Shown here piece by piece: positions 63,527-64,000 of a DNA stretch of 64,000 nt (its first letter is position 1; every line of letters starts with the position of its first letter). The position numbers and the translations under genes are program-made. Source of the stretch: an uncultured Acidobacteriota bacterium (lineage in GTDB: Bacteria > Acidobacteriota > Vicinamibacteria > Vicinamibacterales > 2-12-FULL-66-21); assembly GCA_963804245.1 (NCBI GenBank), contig CAWDPQ010000019.1, positions 70,949-134,948 on the forward strand, read 5' to 3'. The notes below the pieces were generated by a model that worked only from the letters and a program-made list of their open reading frames with translations, did no database searches and was not told the DNA's origin.

Positions 63527-63997
63527 CTATTTTCCGTAGTTGATCATAATAACGAGGTCCTCGTCGCCTGTCTGCTTGAGGCCGTGGGAGCTTCCCGGAC
63601 GGGTGAGGATCGCGTCGCCCGGGCCGACGTCGAATGCCTTGCCGTCGATCGTCATCTGGCCGCGGCCGCTCAGCACGTAATAAATCTCATCTTCTTTCTG
63701 CTCGTGGTAGCCGATTCCCGAGCCCGGCTTGAGCGCCCGCTTGCGGAAAACCAGCTTCAGGTCCGGCGCCTTGCTGAAGAACGAGTAGCCGACCGTCTGC
63801 CCTCCGCCGCCGTGCGTGCCGGGCTCCTGCCTGGCCACCTCGCGGTCGCGTTCGAGGATGTAGCCTCCGGGTGCCGCTTTCTGCTGGGCGGGGACCGCCA
63901 GCCAGGCGGTGGACGCAACGACCGCGAGCGTCAGAACGCTCACGACGGAACATCGAAGCGCCGTAGTCGCGACCCGTTTAGTTAAAGCGAACTTCAT
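63527..63997 (-). CDS. Secreted cupin-domain protein
   Basis: ORF 63527-63997. Signal/TM N-terminus, then [46 protein letters not shown] (cupin motifs 1 and 2). Confidence 0.8.
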   Translation of the reverse strand: MKFALTKRVATTALRCSVVSVLTLAVVASTAWLAVPAQQKAAPGGYILERDREVARQEPGTHGGGGQTVGYSFFSKAPDLKLVFRKRALKPGSGIGYHEQKEDEIYYVLSGRGQMTIDGKAFDVGPGDAILTRPGSSHGLKQTGDEDLVIMINYGK

Positions 63998-64000
63998 ACA

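Overview
High-GC (~65%) chromosomal window whose gene families suggest Acidobacteriota (inference from content only): two ADOP/FtsX permeases (one with PadR), CarboxypepD_reg-type TonB receptors, Ser/Thr kinase-TPR fusions, three DUF1080 proteins, GMC oxidoreductase, and a PVC-type haem/HEAT protein. I call about 55 protein genes. I recognised no rRNA, tRNA, CRISPR array, transposase or integrase. One gene (ADOP permease, 1-2577, minus) is missing from the ORF track because it is open at the window edge. Five points stand out. (1) About 30 single-base frame breaks split at least 14 genes. They cluster in motifs conserved among multi-copy families and often sit at short homopolymers, so consensus error is more likely than decay, but this needs the reads. 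(2) Intergenic regions carry structured short-period repeats: inverted (GCTACGT)n/(ACGTAGC)n heptamer arrays at three loci, a 41-bp CACGGAG-type inverted repeat pair, GAGCGCC/GAGCCCCC arrays next to a shared 21-nt block, a two-copy GGGGACAC palindrome, and AGGAG/CTCCT hairpins next to start codons. (3) 20.6-39.3 kb is a dense, mostly exported, oxidative (keto-)sugar cluster. (4) A lower-GC stretch at 52-55.4 kb carries a ytfJ(GerW)/ytfI(DUF2953)-like operon beside an FtsX-permease relic. (5) Unusual architectures include a kinase-BRCT fusion, DUF1080 fused to a Cys-rich DUF1554/endostatin-like domain, and a fourfold zinc-ribbon repeat protein. Family names come from my recognition of the translated sequences, not from searches. 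Hand-located hairpin and indel coordinates are good to about +/-3 nt.
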